Positions 7,427 through 15,409 of a stretch of DNA of 19,527 bases are shown here, one piece after another; position 1 is the first letter of the stretch, and each line of letters starts with the position of its first letter. The stretch lies in UHGV virus genome UHGV-0119084; one strand, written 5' to 3'. The notes below the pieces were generated by a model. That model was not told the origin of the DNA and did no database searches. It worked only from the letters and a program-made list of their open reading frames with translations. A program made the translations under genes and the position numbers. This stretch comes from a virus.

Positions 7427-7497
7427 AATGTACAACCAAGGTTTTATTCCATCAAACGAAAATGGTTGTTGACTAAAAACAACCATAGTTTTAATCT
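7427..7497. promoter_or_regulatory. Divergent pRM/pR promoter-operator region
   Basis: pR (plus): TTGACT 7469..7474, 17-nt spacer, TAATCT 7492..7497, then a GGAGG RBS and the cro-like ATG at 7525. pRM (minus): TTGATG (plus 7450..7455), 17-nt spacer, TACATT (plus 7427..7432), ending 6 nt before the cI ATG, so the cI mRNA would be leaderless as in lambda. A 9-bp inverted repeat ATGGTTGTT-gactaaa-AACAACCAT (7462..7486) overlaps the pR -35 and spacer; a further ACAACCA copy lies at 7432..7438. Confidence 0.55.
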
Positions 7498-7524
7498 TGA
7501 TTCAAATTAACCACGGAGGTTGTT

Positions 7525-7665
7525 ATGAATCCAGCTATCAAAACAGCGATCAATATCGTTGGTTCACAAAAGAAACTGGGCGCTGCCTGCGAAGTTTCAC
7601 AGCAGGCCGTCTATAAGTGGCTTCACAACAAAGCAAAGGTAAAGGCGTTTACCCGAATCAGGTAA
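7525..7665 (+). CDS. cro: Cro-like HTH protein (P22 Cro/YdaS-like), 46 aa, probably C-terminally truncated
   Basis: Translation MNPAIKTAINIVGSQKKLGAACEVSQQAVYKWLHNKAKVKAFTRIR; the HTH pattern (G.Q..LA...VS..AV..W) resembles P22 Cro and Rac YdaS. The last 10 codons read through iteron-like repeats and the stop lies in ori-like sequence. Confidence 0.6.
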   Translation: MNPAIKTAINIVGSQKKLGAACEVSQQAVYKWLHNKAKVKAFTRIR

Positions 7666-8132
7666 ACACAAAAGACAAACTAACAAAAGACAATATAAAA
7701 CCTTTTTCGTCCGAGAATTCTGGCGAATCCTCTGACCAACCAGAAAACGATCTTCCTGTGGAGAAACCAGATGCTGCAATTCAGAGCGGCAGCAGGTGGG
7801 GGACAGCAGAAGACCTGACCGCCGCAGAGTGGATGTTTGACATGGTGAAGACCATCGCGCCATCAGCCAGAAAACCGAATTTTGCAGGGTGGGCTAACGA
7901 TATCCGCCTGATGCGTGAACGTGACGGACGTAACCACCGCGACATGTGCGTGCTGTTCCGCTGGGCATGCCAGGACAACTTCTGGTCCGGTAACGTGCTA
8001 AGTCCGGCCAAACTCCGCGACAAGTGGACCCAACTCGAAATCAACCGTAACAAGCAACAGGCTGGTGTGACTGCCAGCAAACCAAAACTCGACCTGACGA
8101 ACACTGACTGGATTTACGGGGTGGAGCTATGA
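7617..8132 (+). pseudogene. O: Replication initiator O, C-terminal (P-interacting) portion only; the N-terminal iteron-binding domain and cII are absent
   Basis: The frame encodes ...SSENSGESSDQPENDLPVEKPDAAIQSGSRWGTAEDLTAAEWMFDMVKTIAPSARKPNFAGWANDIRLMRERDGRNHRDMCVLFRWACQDNFWSGNVLSPAKLRDKWTQLEINRNKQQAGVTASKPKLDLTNTDWIYGVEL, matching the lambda O C-terminal half as recalled. It opens only at a GTG inside the cro-like ORF with no RBS. A full O would be about 300 aa. Confidence 0.7.
7638..7666. repeat. Iteron-like repeats (GGTAAA x2 and inverse TTTACC) directly upstream of a lambda-ori-like AT-rich stretch; probable origin remnant
   Basis: GGTAAAggcgTTTACCcgaatcaGGTAAA followed by cacaaaagacaaactaacaaaagacaatataaaacc, which resembles the A/T-rich part of lambda ori (inside the O gene) as I recall it. 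Confidence 0.35.
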
Positions 8133-8830
8133 AAAACATCGCCGCACAGATGGTTAACTTTGACTGTGAGCAGATGCGCCGGATCGCCAACAACATGCCG
8201 GAACAGTACGACGAAAAGCCACAGGTACAGCAGGTAGCGCAGATCATCAACGGTGTGTTAAGCCAGTTACTGGCAACTTTCCCGGCGAGCCTGGCTAACC
8301 GTGACCAGAATGAACTGAACGAAATCCGCCGCCAGTGGGTTCTGGCTTTCCGGGAAAACGGGATCACCACAATGGAACAGGTTAACGCTGGAATGCGCGT
8401 AGCCCGTCGGCAGAATCGACCATTCCTGCCATCACCCGGGCAGTTTGTCGCCTGGTGCCGGGAAGAAGCATCTGTTAACGCCGGGCTGCCAAACGTCAGC
8501 GAGCTGGTTGATATGGTTTACGAGTATTGCCGGAAGCGTGGCCTGTATCCGGATGCAGAGTCTTATCCGTGGAAATCGAACGCGCATTACTGGTTGGTTA
8601 CCAACTTGTACCAGAACATGCGGGCCAATGCGCTGACTGACGCGGAATTACGGCGCAAGGCTGCCGATGAACTGACCTGTATGACAGCGCGAATTAACCG
8701 TGGTGAGACGATACCTGAACCAGTAAAACAACTTCCTGTTATGGGCGGTAGACCTCTAAATCGTGCACAGGCTCTGGCGAAGATCGCAGAAATTAAAGCT
8801 AAGTTCGGACTGAAAGGAGCAAGTGTATGA
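8129..8830 (+). CDS. P: Replication protein P (DnaB helicase loader)
   Basis: 233-aa ORF MKNIAAQMVNFDCEQMRRIANNMPEQYDEKPQVQQVAQIINGVLSQLLATFPASLANRDQNELNEIRRQWVLAFRENGITTMEQ...; near-identical to lambda P as recalled; 4-nt overlap with the O stop. Confidence 0.95.
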   Translation: MKNIAAQMVNFDCEQMRRIANNMPEQYDEKPQVQQVAQIINGVLSQLLATFPASLANRDQNELNEIRRQWVLAFRENGITTMEQVNAGMRVARRQNRPFLPSPGQFVAWCREEASVNAGLPNVSELVDMVYEYCRKRGLYPDAESYPWKSNAHYWLVTNLYQNMRANALTDAELRRKAADELTCMTARINRGETIPEPVKQLPVMGGRPLNRAQALAKIAEIKAKFGLKGASV

Positions 8831-9129
8831 CGGGCAAAGAGGCAATTATTCATTACCTGGGGACGCATAAGAGCTTCTGTGCACAGGACGTTGCCGCGGT
8901 AACAGGCGCAACCGTAACCAGCATAAATCAGGCTGCGGCTAAAATGGCGCGGGCAGGAATCCTGGTCGTTGATGGTAAGGTCTGGCGAACGGTGTATTAC
9001 CGGTTCGCTACCAGAGAAGAACGGGAAGGAAAGGTGAGCACGAATCTGATTTTTAAGGAGTGTCGCCAGAGTGCCGCGATGAAACGGGTATTGAGGGTAT
9101 ATAAAAGAACATCAATGGGAACACAATGA
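8827..9129 (+). CDS. ren: Ren protein (lambda ren-like, Rex-exclusion resistance)
   Basis: 100-aa ORF MTGKEAIIHYLGTHKSFCAQDVAAVTGATVTSINQAAAKMARAGILVVDGKVWRTVYYRFATREEREGK... matches lambda Ren as recalled; overlaps the P stop. Confidence 0.88.
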   Translation: MTGKEAIIHYLGTHKSFCAQDVAAVTGATVTSINQAAAKMARAGILVVDGKVWRTVYYRFATREEREGKVSTNLIFKECRQSAAMKRVLRVYKRTSMGTQ

Positions 9130-9196
9130 TGAAACAGGTGAGTTGAGTTCAAACTGTAGTACAATTCTCTCCAGTTTGAACAGGAAAGAATATGCT

Positions 9197-9529
9197 ATGA
9201 ACCCTTATATTTATCTTGGTGGTGCAATACTTGCAGAGGTCATTGGTACAACCTTAATGAAGTTTTCAGAAGGTTTTACACGGTTATGGCCATCTGTTGG
9301 TACAATTATTTGTTATTGTGCATCATTCTGGTTATTAGCTCAGACGCTGGCTTATATTCCTACAGGGATTGCTTATGCTATCTGGTCAGGAGTCGGTATT
9401 GTCCTGATTAGTTTACTGTCATGGGGATTTTTCGGCCAACGGCTGGACCTGCCAGCCATTATAGGCATGATGTTGATTTGTGCCGGTGTGTTGGTTATTA
9501 ATTTATTGTCACGAAGCACACCACATTAA
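9197..9529 (+). CDS. emrE: Small multidrug resistance (SMR) efflux transporter EmrE, 110 aa, four TM helices
   Basis: MNPYIYLGGAILAEVIGTTLMKFSEGFTRLWPSVGTIICYCASFWLLAQTLAYIPTGIAYAIWSGVGIVLISLLSWGFFGQRLDLPAIIGMMLICAGVLVINLLSRSTPH matches E. coli EmrE; start set at the internal ATG preceded by AGGAAAG. The ORF-track frame begins 18 codons earlier. Confidence 0.93.
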   Translation: MNPYIYLGGAILAEVIGTTLMKFSEGFTRLWPSVGTIICYCASFWLLAQTLAYIPTGIAYAIWSGVGIVLISLLSWGFFGQRLDLPAIIGMMLICAGVLVINLLSRSTPH

Positions 9530-9559
9530 AATAATTTGTTTCTAAACGACTAAAATATG

Positions 9560-9590
9560 GAGGCTCTTATATTTATATGAGCCTCGTTTT
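9560..9590 (+). terminator. Intrinsic terminator downstream of emrE
   Basis: GAGGCTC-loop-GAGCCTC hairpin followed by GTTTTATGCTTTTT. Confidence 0.55.
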
Positions 9591-9783
9591 ATGCTTTTTG
9601 TTAATGTCTTTATTTTTTATGTATTCTTTTGTGCTTTCAAGATTATGGCGTAAGAAAATTGCAATACGATTATTGTTGTATATTCAAGATAATGTGACCT
9701 TAATTGTCTTTTTAAATAAAAATTAAACAAAAATTATATCCCACCACTAAGGTTTATAAAAGCATACGTTAGCAGGTGTCACC

Positions 9784-11310
9784 ATGAAAAAAGCCATAGC
9801 ATATATGCGATTTTCATCACCAGGTCAGATGTCTGGTGACTCATTAAACCGACAGAGAAGACTTATTGCTGAATGGTTAAAGGTAAATAGTGATTATTAT
9901 CTTGATACCATAACATATGAAGATTTAGGATTAAGTGCATTCAAAGGAAAGCATGCACAATCAGGAGCTTTTTCGGAATTTTTAGATGCTATAGAGCATG
10001 GTTATATATTGCCAGGAACTACATTGTTAGTTGAAAGTCTGGACAGACTTTCAAGAGAAAAAGTCGGTGAAGCGATTGAACGTCTGAAATTGATTTTGAA
10101 TCACGGTATTGATGTTATAACTCTTTGCGACAATACAGTCTATAATATTGACTCTTTGAATGAGCCATATTCATTAATAAAAGCCATACTTATAGCACAA
10201 AGGGCAAATGAAGAAAGCGAGATAAAGTCAAGTCGGGTTAAATTATCATGGAAGAAAAAACGGCAGGATGCAATGGAATCAGGTACGATTATGACGGCGT
10301 CTTGTCCGAGATGGCTCTCCTTAGATGACAAAAGAACGGCTTTTGTTCCAGACCCCGACAGGGTGAAAACTATTGAGCTAATTTTTAAACTCAGGATGGA
10401 AAGGCGCTCATTGAATGCAATAGCCAAGTATTTAAATGATCATGCTGTAAAGAATTTCTCAGGAAAAGAAAGTGCATGGGGACCTTCTGTAATTGAAAAA
10501 TTATTAGCGAATAAAGCTCTGATAGGTATATGCGTACCTTCATATCGTGCAAGAGGGAAAGGGATAAGTGAAATCGCTGGCTATTATCCCAGAGTTATAT
10601 CAGATGATTTGTTTTACGCTGTACAGGAAATTCGGTTGGCACCTTTTGGTATTAGCAATAGTAGCAAGAATCCTATGCTAATAAATCTACTTCGAACAGT
10701 TATGAAGTGTGAGGCTTGTGGTAATACCATGATTGTTCATGCGGTATCTGGAAGTTTGCATGGCTATTATGTTTGTCCGATGAGAAGATTACATCGATGT
10801 GACAGGCCATCAATAAAAAGAGATTTGGTTGATTATAATATCATTAATGAATTGCTTTTTAATTGTAGCAAAATTCAACCAGTTGAAAACAAGAAAGATG
10901 CTAATGAAACTTTAGAGTTAAAAATTATTGAGCTTCAGATGAAAATTAATAATTTAATCGTTGCATTGTCTGTCGCGCCTGAAGTTACCGCTATAGCAGA
11001 GAAAATAAGACTATTAGATAAGGAATTACGAAGGGCTTCGGTATCATTGAAAACTTTGAAGAGTAAAGGTGTAAATTCATTCAGTGATTTTTATGCTATT
11101 GACTTAACCAGTAAAAATGGACGAGAGTTATGCCGTACACTTGCCTATAAAACATTCGAAAAAATCATAATTAATACGGATAATAAAACCTGTGATATCT
11201 ATTTTATGAATGGCATTGTTTTTAAACACTATCCTTTAATGAAAGTAATATCCGCCCAGCAGGCGATAAGTGCTCTCAAATATATGGTTGATGGTGAGAT
11301 TTATTTCTAA
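9784..11310 (+). CDS. ybcK: Large serine recombinase (resolvase-type N-terminal catalytic domain, Cys-rich zinc-ribbon and coiled-coil C-terminal region); DLP12 YbcK-like
   Basis: 508-aa ORF; N-terminus MKKAIAYMRFSSPGQ... has the serine-recombinase catalytic motif context; Cys cluster CEACGNTMIVHAVSGSLHGYYVCPMRRLHRC; coiled-coil segment LELKIIELQMKINNLIVALS. Very AT-rich gene and flanks. Confidence 0.8.
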   Translation: MKKAIAYMRFSSPGQMSGDSLNRQRRLIAEWLKVNSDYYLDTITYEDLGLSAFKGKHAQSGAFSEFLDAIEHGYILPGTTLLVESLDRLSREKVGEAIERLKLILNHGIDVITLCDNTVYNIDSLNEPYSLIKAILIAQRANEESEIKSSRVKLSWKKKRQDAMESGTIMTASCPRWLSLDDKRTAFVPDPDRVKTIELIFKLRMERRSLNAIAKYLNDHAVKNFSGKESAWGPSVIEKLLANKALIGICVPSYRARGKGISEIAGYYPRVISDDLFYAVQEIRLAPFGISNSSKNPMLINLLRTVMKCEACGNTMIVHAVSGSLHGYYVCPMRRLHRCDRPSIKRDLVDYNIINELLFNCSKIQPVENKKDANETLELKIIELQMKINNLIVALSVAPEVTAIAEKIRLLDKELRRASVSLKTLKSKGVNSFSDFYAIDLTSKNGRELCRTLAYKTFEKIIINTDNKTCDIYFMNGIVFKHYPLMKVISAQQAISALKYMVDGEIYF

Positions 11311-11774
11311 ATAATGATCTCGGATTTTAAGTTATGCTATGGTGATAAAGTGCAAGACAGAATTAATTATCTTTGACGAAACTTAATGGGTAATTACTTT
11401 GTTTGCTCCCACAAGCGAGTTTTGTACGGCTGTATTGGGGTAGTAAATGAGCTATACAATCTTAATCATTTGTTAGGTGAGAACTCTTGGTCGCAGATTC
11501 AAATACTGAAAATACGTGACAAATTATTATGAGCAAAATGGTGTATGTCACGTATTTTGAATGGTAGGTTAAAAAATAACACCGACTTTCGTAGGTATTA
11601 CTAATAATAAAGCAGAGTTTTTAGATAGTATCAATGTGCTTTGTGTATATTGTGGCAAATAATTGGGTTGGGGGTACAATTGTGATTGCTTTTGCATAAA
11701 CATTGCGCCTTTATGCATAATGAGATAAAGGAATATCAAATAAAATAACGATAGGTCATAACAAAGAGGTTTTT

Positions 11775-12326
11775 ATGAAAACACTTATCGTTTCAACTGT
11801 ATTGGCATTCATAACATTTTCTGCGCAGGCTGCAGCATTTCAGGTCACTAGTAATGAAATAAAAACAGGAGAGCAACTTACAACGTCTCATGTCTTTTCT
11901 GGATTTGGGTGTGAAGGTGGTAATACATCGCCCTCATTAACCTGGTCTGGTGTTCCTGAAGGTACCAAAAGCTTTGCCGTAACTGTATATGATCCAGATG
12001 CACCTACAGGCAGTGGTTGGTGGCATTGGACTGTTGTTAATATTCCAGCAACAATAACATATTTGCCCGTTGATGCAGGGAGACGTGATGGAACAAAACT
12101 GCCGACTGGTGCTGTTCAAGGCCGAAATGATTTTGGCTATGCTGGGTTTGGTGGCGCATGTCCTCCTAAAGGAGATAAACCACATCATTACCAGTTTAAA
12201 GTATGGGCTCTAAAAACTGAAAAGATTCCTGTAGATTCTAACTCCAGCGGAGCGTTAGTTGGTTATATGCTTAATGCTAATAAAATCGCAACCGCTGAGA
12301 TAACACCAGTTTATGAGATAAAGTAG
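11775..12326 (+). CDS. ybcL: Secreted PEBP/YbcL-family protein (UPF0098) with N-terminal signal peptide
   Basis: 183-aa ORF MKTLIVSTVLAFITFSAQAAAFQVTSNEI... with PEBP-like DPDAP and HHY motifs; matches DLP12 YbcL as recalled. Confidence 0.8.
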   Translation: MKTLIVSTVLAFITFSAQAAAFQVTSNEIKTGEQLTTSHVFSGFGCEGGNTSPSLTWSGVPEGTKSFAVTVYDPDAPTGSGWWHWTVVNIPATITYLPVDAGRRDGTKLPTGAVQGRNDFGYAGFGGACPPKGDKPHHYQFKVWALKTEKIPVDSNSSGALVGYMLNANKIATAEITPVYEIK

Positions 12327-12335
12327 GGTGAGAGT

Positions 12336-13133
12336 ATGCTGGCAAGAGGTAAGACTAACTTAAAGATCGAAGAAATACGGATGCATAAACATCATGAGAT
12401 TCATAGGGTTAAGCCTCTTATGCCAGCTTTGTGTCGTATCCGTCAGGGAAAGAAAGTTATCAATTGGGAGACGCATACTTTAACTGTTGATAATAATCAA
12501 ATAATATTATTTCCTTGTGGTTATGAATTTTATATTGAGAATTATCCTGAAGCAGGGCTTTATCTTGCAGAAATGCTTTACTTACCCATTGATTTAATTG
12601 AGAGTTTCCAAAAACTTTATACGGTAACTGATCAAATACGTAACAAAACAAGTTTCTTTTTACCTCAGAATCCTGAGTTAATATATTGTTGGGAGCAACT
12701 AAAAACATCTGTTTCCCGAGGCTTCTCAACTAAAATTCAGGAGCACTTAGCAATGGGCGTTCTACTTTCGTTAGGAGTGAATCATGTTAATCATTTACTT
12801 TTATCATATAGTAAACAATCATTGATAAGTCGTTGTTATAACCTGCTGCTATCCGAACCCGGCACAAAATGGACAGCAAACAAGGTTGCTCGATATCTCT
12901 ACATTTCTGTTTCTACATTACATCGCCGTCTAGCAAGCGAGGGGGTAAGTTTCCAAAGTATACTGGACGATGTGAGGTTAAATAATGCGTTGTCTGCTAT
13001 ACAAACGACGGTAAAACCTATAAGCGAGATTGCCAGAGAAAATGGTTATAAGTGTCCTTCTCGTTTTACTGAAAGATTTCATAATCGTTTTAATATAACA
13101 CCAAGAGAGATAAGAAAAGCTTCCAGAGAGTAA
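12336..13133 (+). CDS. ybcM: AraC/XylS-family transcriptional regulator (C-terminal double HTH)
   Basis: 265-aa ORF; C-terminal ...[75 protein letters not shown] is a typical AraC HTH region; matches DLP12 YbcM. Confidence 0.8.
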
Positions 13134-13197
13134 AAGTGTTTTAAGAAGGAGCAATTCTATCGATTTTGATTTTGGGAAATCAACACGGCATAATTAT

Positions 13198-13226
13198 GTC
13201 ACCGGAGCCTGAACAACTCCGGTGAC
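13198..13226 (+). terminator. Strong 10-bp hairpin downstream of ybcM; weak terminator candidate (poor U-tract)
   Basis: GTCACCGGAG-cctgaacaa-CTCCGGTGAC perfect inverted repeat, followed by only TTCTG. Confidence 0.3.
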
Positions 13227-13249
13227 TTCTGCGCTAAACGGGGACGTTT

Positions 13250-13351
13250 ATGCGCACATACAATCCAAACTCTCTTCTCCCTTCACAGATGCAGAAATGC
13301 ACCTGCAATTCTTTGCATCTAGCGTTTGACCTCTGCGGAGGTGAAGCGTGA
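13250..13351 (+). CDS. ylcH: Small protein YlcH-like (33 aa)
   Basis: Hand translation [33 protein letters not shown]; below the ORF-track cutoff; its stop overlaps the GTG start of ybcN. Confidence 0.4.
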
Positions 13352-13803
13352 ACCTCTCACAAGACGGCATCAAATTACATCGCGGCAACTTCACCGCTAT
13401 CGGTCGGCAGATCCAGCCTTATCTGGAGGAGGGCAAATGCTTTCGCATGGTGCTTAAACCGTGGCGTGAGAAACGCAGTCTTTCCCAGAATGCACTCAGC
13501 CACATGTGGTACAGCGAAATCAGTGAATACCTCATCAGCAGGGGTAAAACGTTCGCCACTCCAGCTTGGGTAAAAGATGCTCTCAAACACACATATCTCG
13601 GTTATGAAACCAAAGACCTGGTTGATGTCGTAACCGGTGATATCACCACTATCCAGTCGTTACGCCATACCTCCGATCTTGATACCGGAGAGATGTATGT
13701 CTTCCTGTGTAAGGTTGAAGCCTGGGCGGTGAATATTGGCTGCCACCTGACTATTCCGCAGAGCTGCGAGTTCCAGCTGCTCCGCGACAAGCAGGAGGCG
13801 TAA
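13348..13803 (+). CDS. ybcN: YbcN-family nin-region protein (reported DNA base-flipping protein)
   Basis: 151-aa [64 protein letters not shown]..., GTG start; matches DLP12 YbcN as recalled. Confidence 0.75.
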
Positions 13804-13973
13804 TGGCTACACCGCTTATTCGTGTCATGAACGGACACATCTACAGAGTATCAAATCGTCGTAAGCGTAAGCCTGAGCTGAAGCCATCCGAAATACCAAC
13901 ACTGCTCGGATATACCGCTAGCCTGGTTGATAAAAAATGGTTGCGACTGGCAGCAAGGAGGAATCATGGCTGA
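13803..13973 (+). CDS. ninE: NinE
   Basis: Hand translation [56 protein letters not shown] (56 aa); TAATG overlap with the ybcN stop. Confidence 0.75.
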   Translation: MATPLIRVMNGHIYRVSNRRKRKPELKPSEIPTLLGYTASLVDKKWLRLAARRNHG

Positions 13974-14256
13974 TTTGAGAAAAGCAGCGCGTGGTCGGGA
14001 ATGCCAGGTAAGAATCCCTGGCGTATGTAATGGCAATTCTGAAACGTCTGTACTGGCACATATCCGGCTGGCTGGATTGTGCGGTACCGGTATCAAACCG
14101 CCAGACCTGATTGCCACCATTGCATGTTCTGCCTGCCACGACGAAATCGACCGCCGCACACATTTTGTCGATGCTGCATATGCAAAAGAATGCGCGCTGG
14201 AAGGTATGGCGAGAACACAGGTTATCTGGCTGAAAGAGGGGGTTATTAAGGCGTGA
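13966..14256 (+). CDS. ybcO: YbcO (DUF1364 family, putative nuclease) of the nin region
   Basis: [67 protein letters not shown]... (96 aa from the internal ATG of the ORF-track frame); Cys/His-rich. Confidence 0.8.
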   Translation: MADLRKAARGRECQVRIPGVCNGNSETSVLAHIRLAGLCGTGIKPPDLIATIACSACHDEIDRRTHFVDAAYAKECALEGMARTQVIWLKEGVIKA

Positions 14257-14615
14257 ATACCTACAGTATCACATTACCCTGGCCTCCGAGCAATAATCGC
14301 TATTACCGCCATAATCGCGGGCGCACGCACGTCAGTGCAGAGGGGCAGGCATACCGCGATAACGTCGCCCGAATCATTAAAAGCGCAATGCTGGATATCG
14401 GCCTGGCTATGCCTGTGAAAATCCGCATTGAGTGCCACATGCCGGATCGCCGTCGCCGTGACCTGGATAATCTGCAAAAAGCCGCTTTTGACGCACTCAC
14501 TAAAGCAGGTTTCTGGCTGGATGATGCTCAGGTCGTTGATTACCGCGTTGTGAAGATGCCTGTTACCAAAGGTGGGAGGCTGGAACTGACCATCACCGAA
14601 ATGGGGAATGAATGA
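14253..14615 (+). CDS. rusA: RusA Holliday-junction resolvase
   Basis: 120-aa [102 protein letters not shown]...; matches E. coli RusA. Confidence 0.93.
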   Translation: MNTYSITLPWPPSNNRYYRHNRGRTHVSAEGQAYRDNVARIIKSAMLDIGLAMPVKIRIECHMPDRRRRDLDNLQKAAFDALTKAGFWLDDAQVVDYRVVKMPVTKGGRLELTITEMGNE

Positions 14616-14752
14616 TGTTTGAGTTTAATATAGCAGAACTTCTTCGCCACCGCTGGGGGCGTCTGCGCTTATATCGTTTCCCCGGTTCTGTTTTGACCGA
14701 TTACCGAATACTGAAGAATTACGCCAAAACCCTGACAGGAGCAGGAGTATGA
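14612..14752 (+). CDS. ylcG: Small protein YlcG-like (46 aa)
   Basis: Hand translation [46 protein letters not shown]; overlaps the rusA stop. Confidence 0.5.
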   Translation: MMFEFNIAELLRHRWGRLRLYRFPGSVLTDYRILKNYAKTLTGAGV

Positions 14753-14837
14753 AGTCAGAGATAACAATCAACTAATACTGTTTTATTGATTTTTGCTTGT
14801 AATTGGCGTTCTGGTCTGATTTTTGTGGAGTAAGTTG

Positions 14838-15221
14838 ATGCGTGATATTCAGATGGTTCTTGAGCGTTGGGGAGCGTGGGCGGCTAATAATCATGAAGAT
14901 GTGACCTGGTCGTCCATTGCCGCCGGTTTTAAGGGATTAATTCCTTCAAAAGTAAAATCTCGCCCGCAATGTTGTGACGATGACGCGATGATCATTTGCG
15001 GGTGCATGGCCCGTCTGAAAAAGAACAACAGCGATTTGCACGATTTATTAGTAGATTATTATGTAGTCGGTATGACATTCATGTCACTGGCAGGTAAGCA
15101 TTGCTGCTCTGATGGTTATATCGGGAAAAGGTTACAGAAGGCTGAGGGCATAATTGAAGGGATGTTAATGGCATTAGATATCCGGTTAGAGATGGATATC
15201 GTTGTTAATAACTCTAATTAA
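14838..15221 (+). CDS. quuD: Q-family late-gene antiterminator (DLP12 QuuD-like)
   Basis: [64 protein letters not shown]...; a GGAG lies about 8 nt upstream of the ATG at 14838. The ORF-track frame begins at an upstream TTG. Confidence 0.8.
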   Translation: MRDIQMVLERWGAWAANNHEDVTWSSIAAGFKGLIPSKVKSRPQCCDDDAMIICGCMARLKKNNSDLHDLLVDYYVVGMTFMSLAGKHCCSDGYIGKRLQKAEGIIEGMLMALDIRLEMDIVVNNSN

Positions 15222-15248
15222 TACGCCAATTATTTACTAAAAGTTATT

Positions 15249-15280
15249 AAAAATGGGGCGTTGAAACGCCCCCAAAAATA
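15249..15280 (-). terminator. Intrinsic terminator of the porin gene nmpC (minus strand)
   Basis: GGGGCG-ttgaaa-CGCCCC hairpin; on the minus strand it is followed by AUUUUUAAU. Confidence 0.65.
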
Positions 15281-15360
15281 AAGGGTAATATATAACAGAA
15301 GGTTTGTATAGTTAGAAGCAAGGTTGTGCTTCTAAAGGAAGTGGCTTGAGGGAGCCACTT

Positions 15361-15399
15361 ATATGTTGGGGAGGCAAAGCCTCCCACAACATATCTTTT
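15361..15399 (+). terminator. Long imperfect hairpin (about 15 bp, one bulge) followed by CTTTT; candidate plus-strand terminator or structural element between the convergent quuD and nmpC
   Basis: ATATGTTGGGGAGGC-aaa-GCCTCCCACAACATAT, then CTTTTAG. Confidence 0.4.
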
Positions 15400-15409
15400 A
15401 GTAATCAAA

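Noticed and set aside
6731-7486. 251-aa long form of the cI ORF
   Set aside because: The extra N-terminal codons read through the pRM/operator region; the HTH domain begins at the MKTTLSERL Met and the promoter geometry fits a leaderless start at 7420.
7638-7666. GGTAAA/TTTACC repeats considered as a possible CRISPR-like or tandem repeat array
   Set aside because: Only two to three short copies, directly upstream of ori-like AT-rich sequence inside the O frame; best explained as replication-origin iteron remnants.
7781-8868. Minus-strand ORFs 7781..8104, 8041..8370 and 8587..8868, and the plus-strand ORF 8445..8636
   Set aside because: They overlap the O fragment and P, whose frames match the lambda proteins; translations are low-complexity or Cys/Arg-rich artefacts.
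9143-9196. Upstream extension of emrE (18 extra codons) and the possibility of a guanidine-II (mini-ykkC) riboswitch in the leader
   Set aside because: EmrE is 110 aa and the internal ATG has a good RBS. The inverted repeat has a 15-nt loop without ACGR motifs, so it does not fit the guanidine-II architecture.
10140-12729. Minus-strand ORFs 10140..10427, 11937..12188 and 12460..12729
   Set aside because: Nested antisense within ybcK, ybcL and ybcM; no RBS and no recognisable domains.
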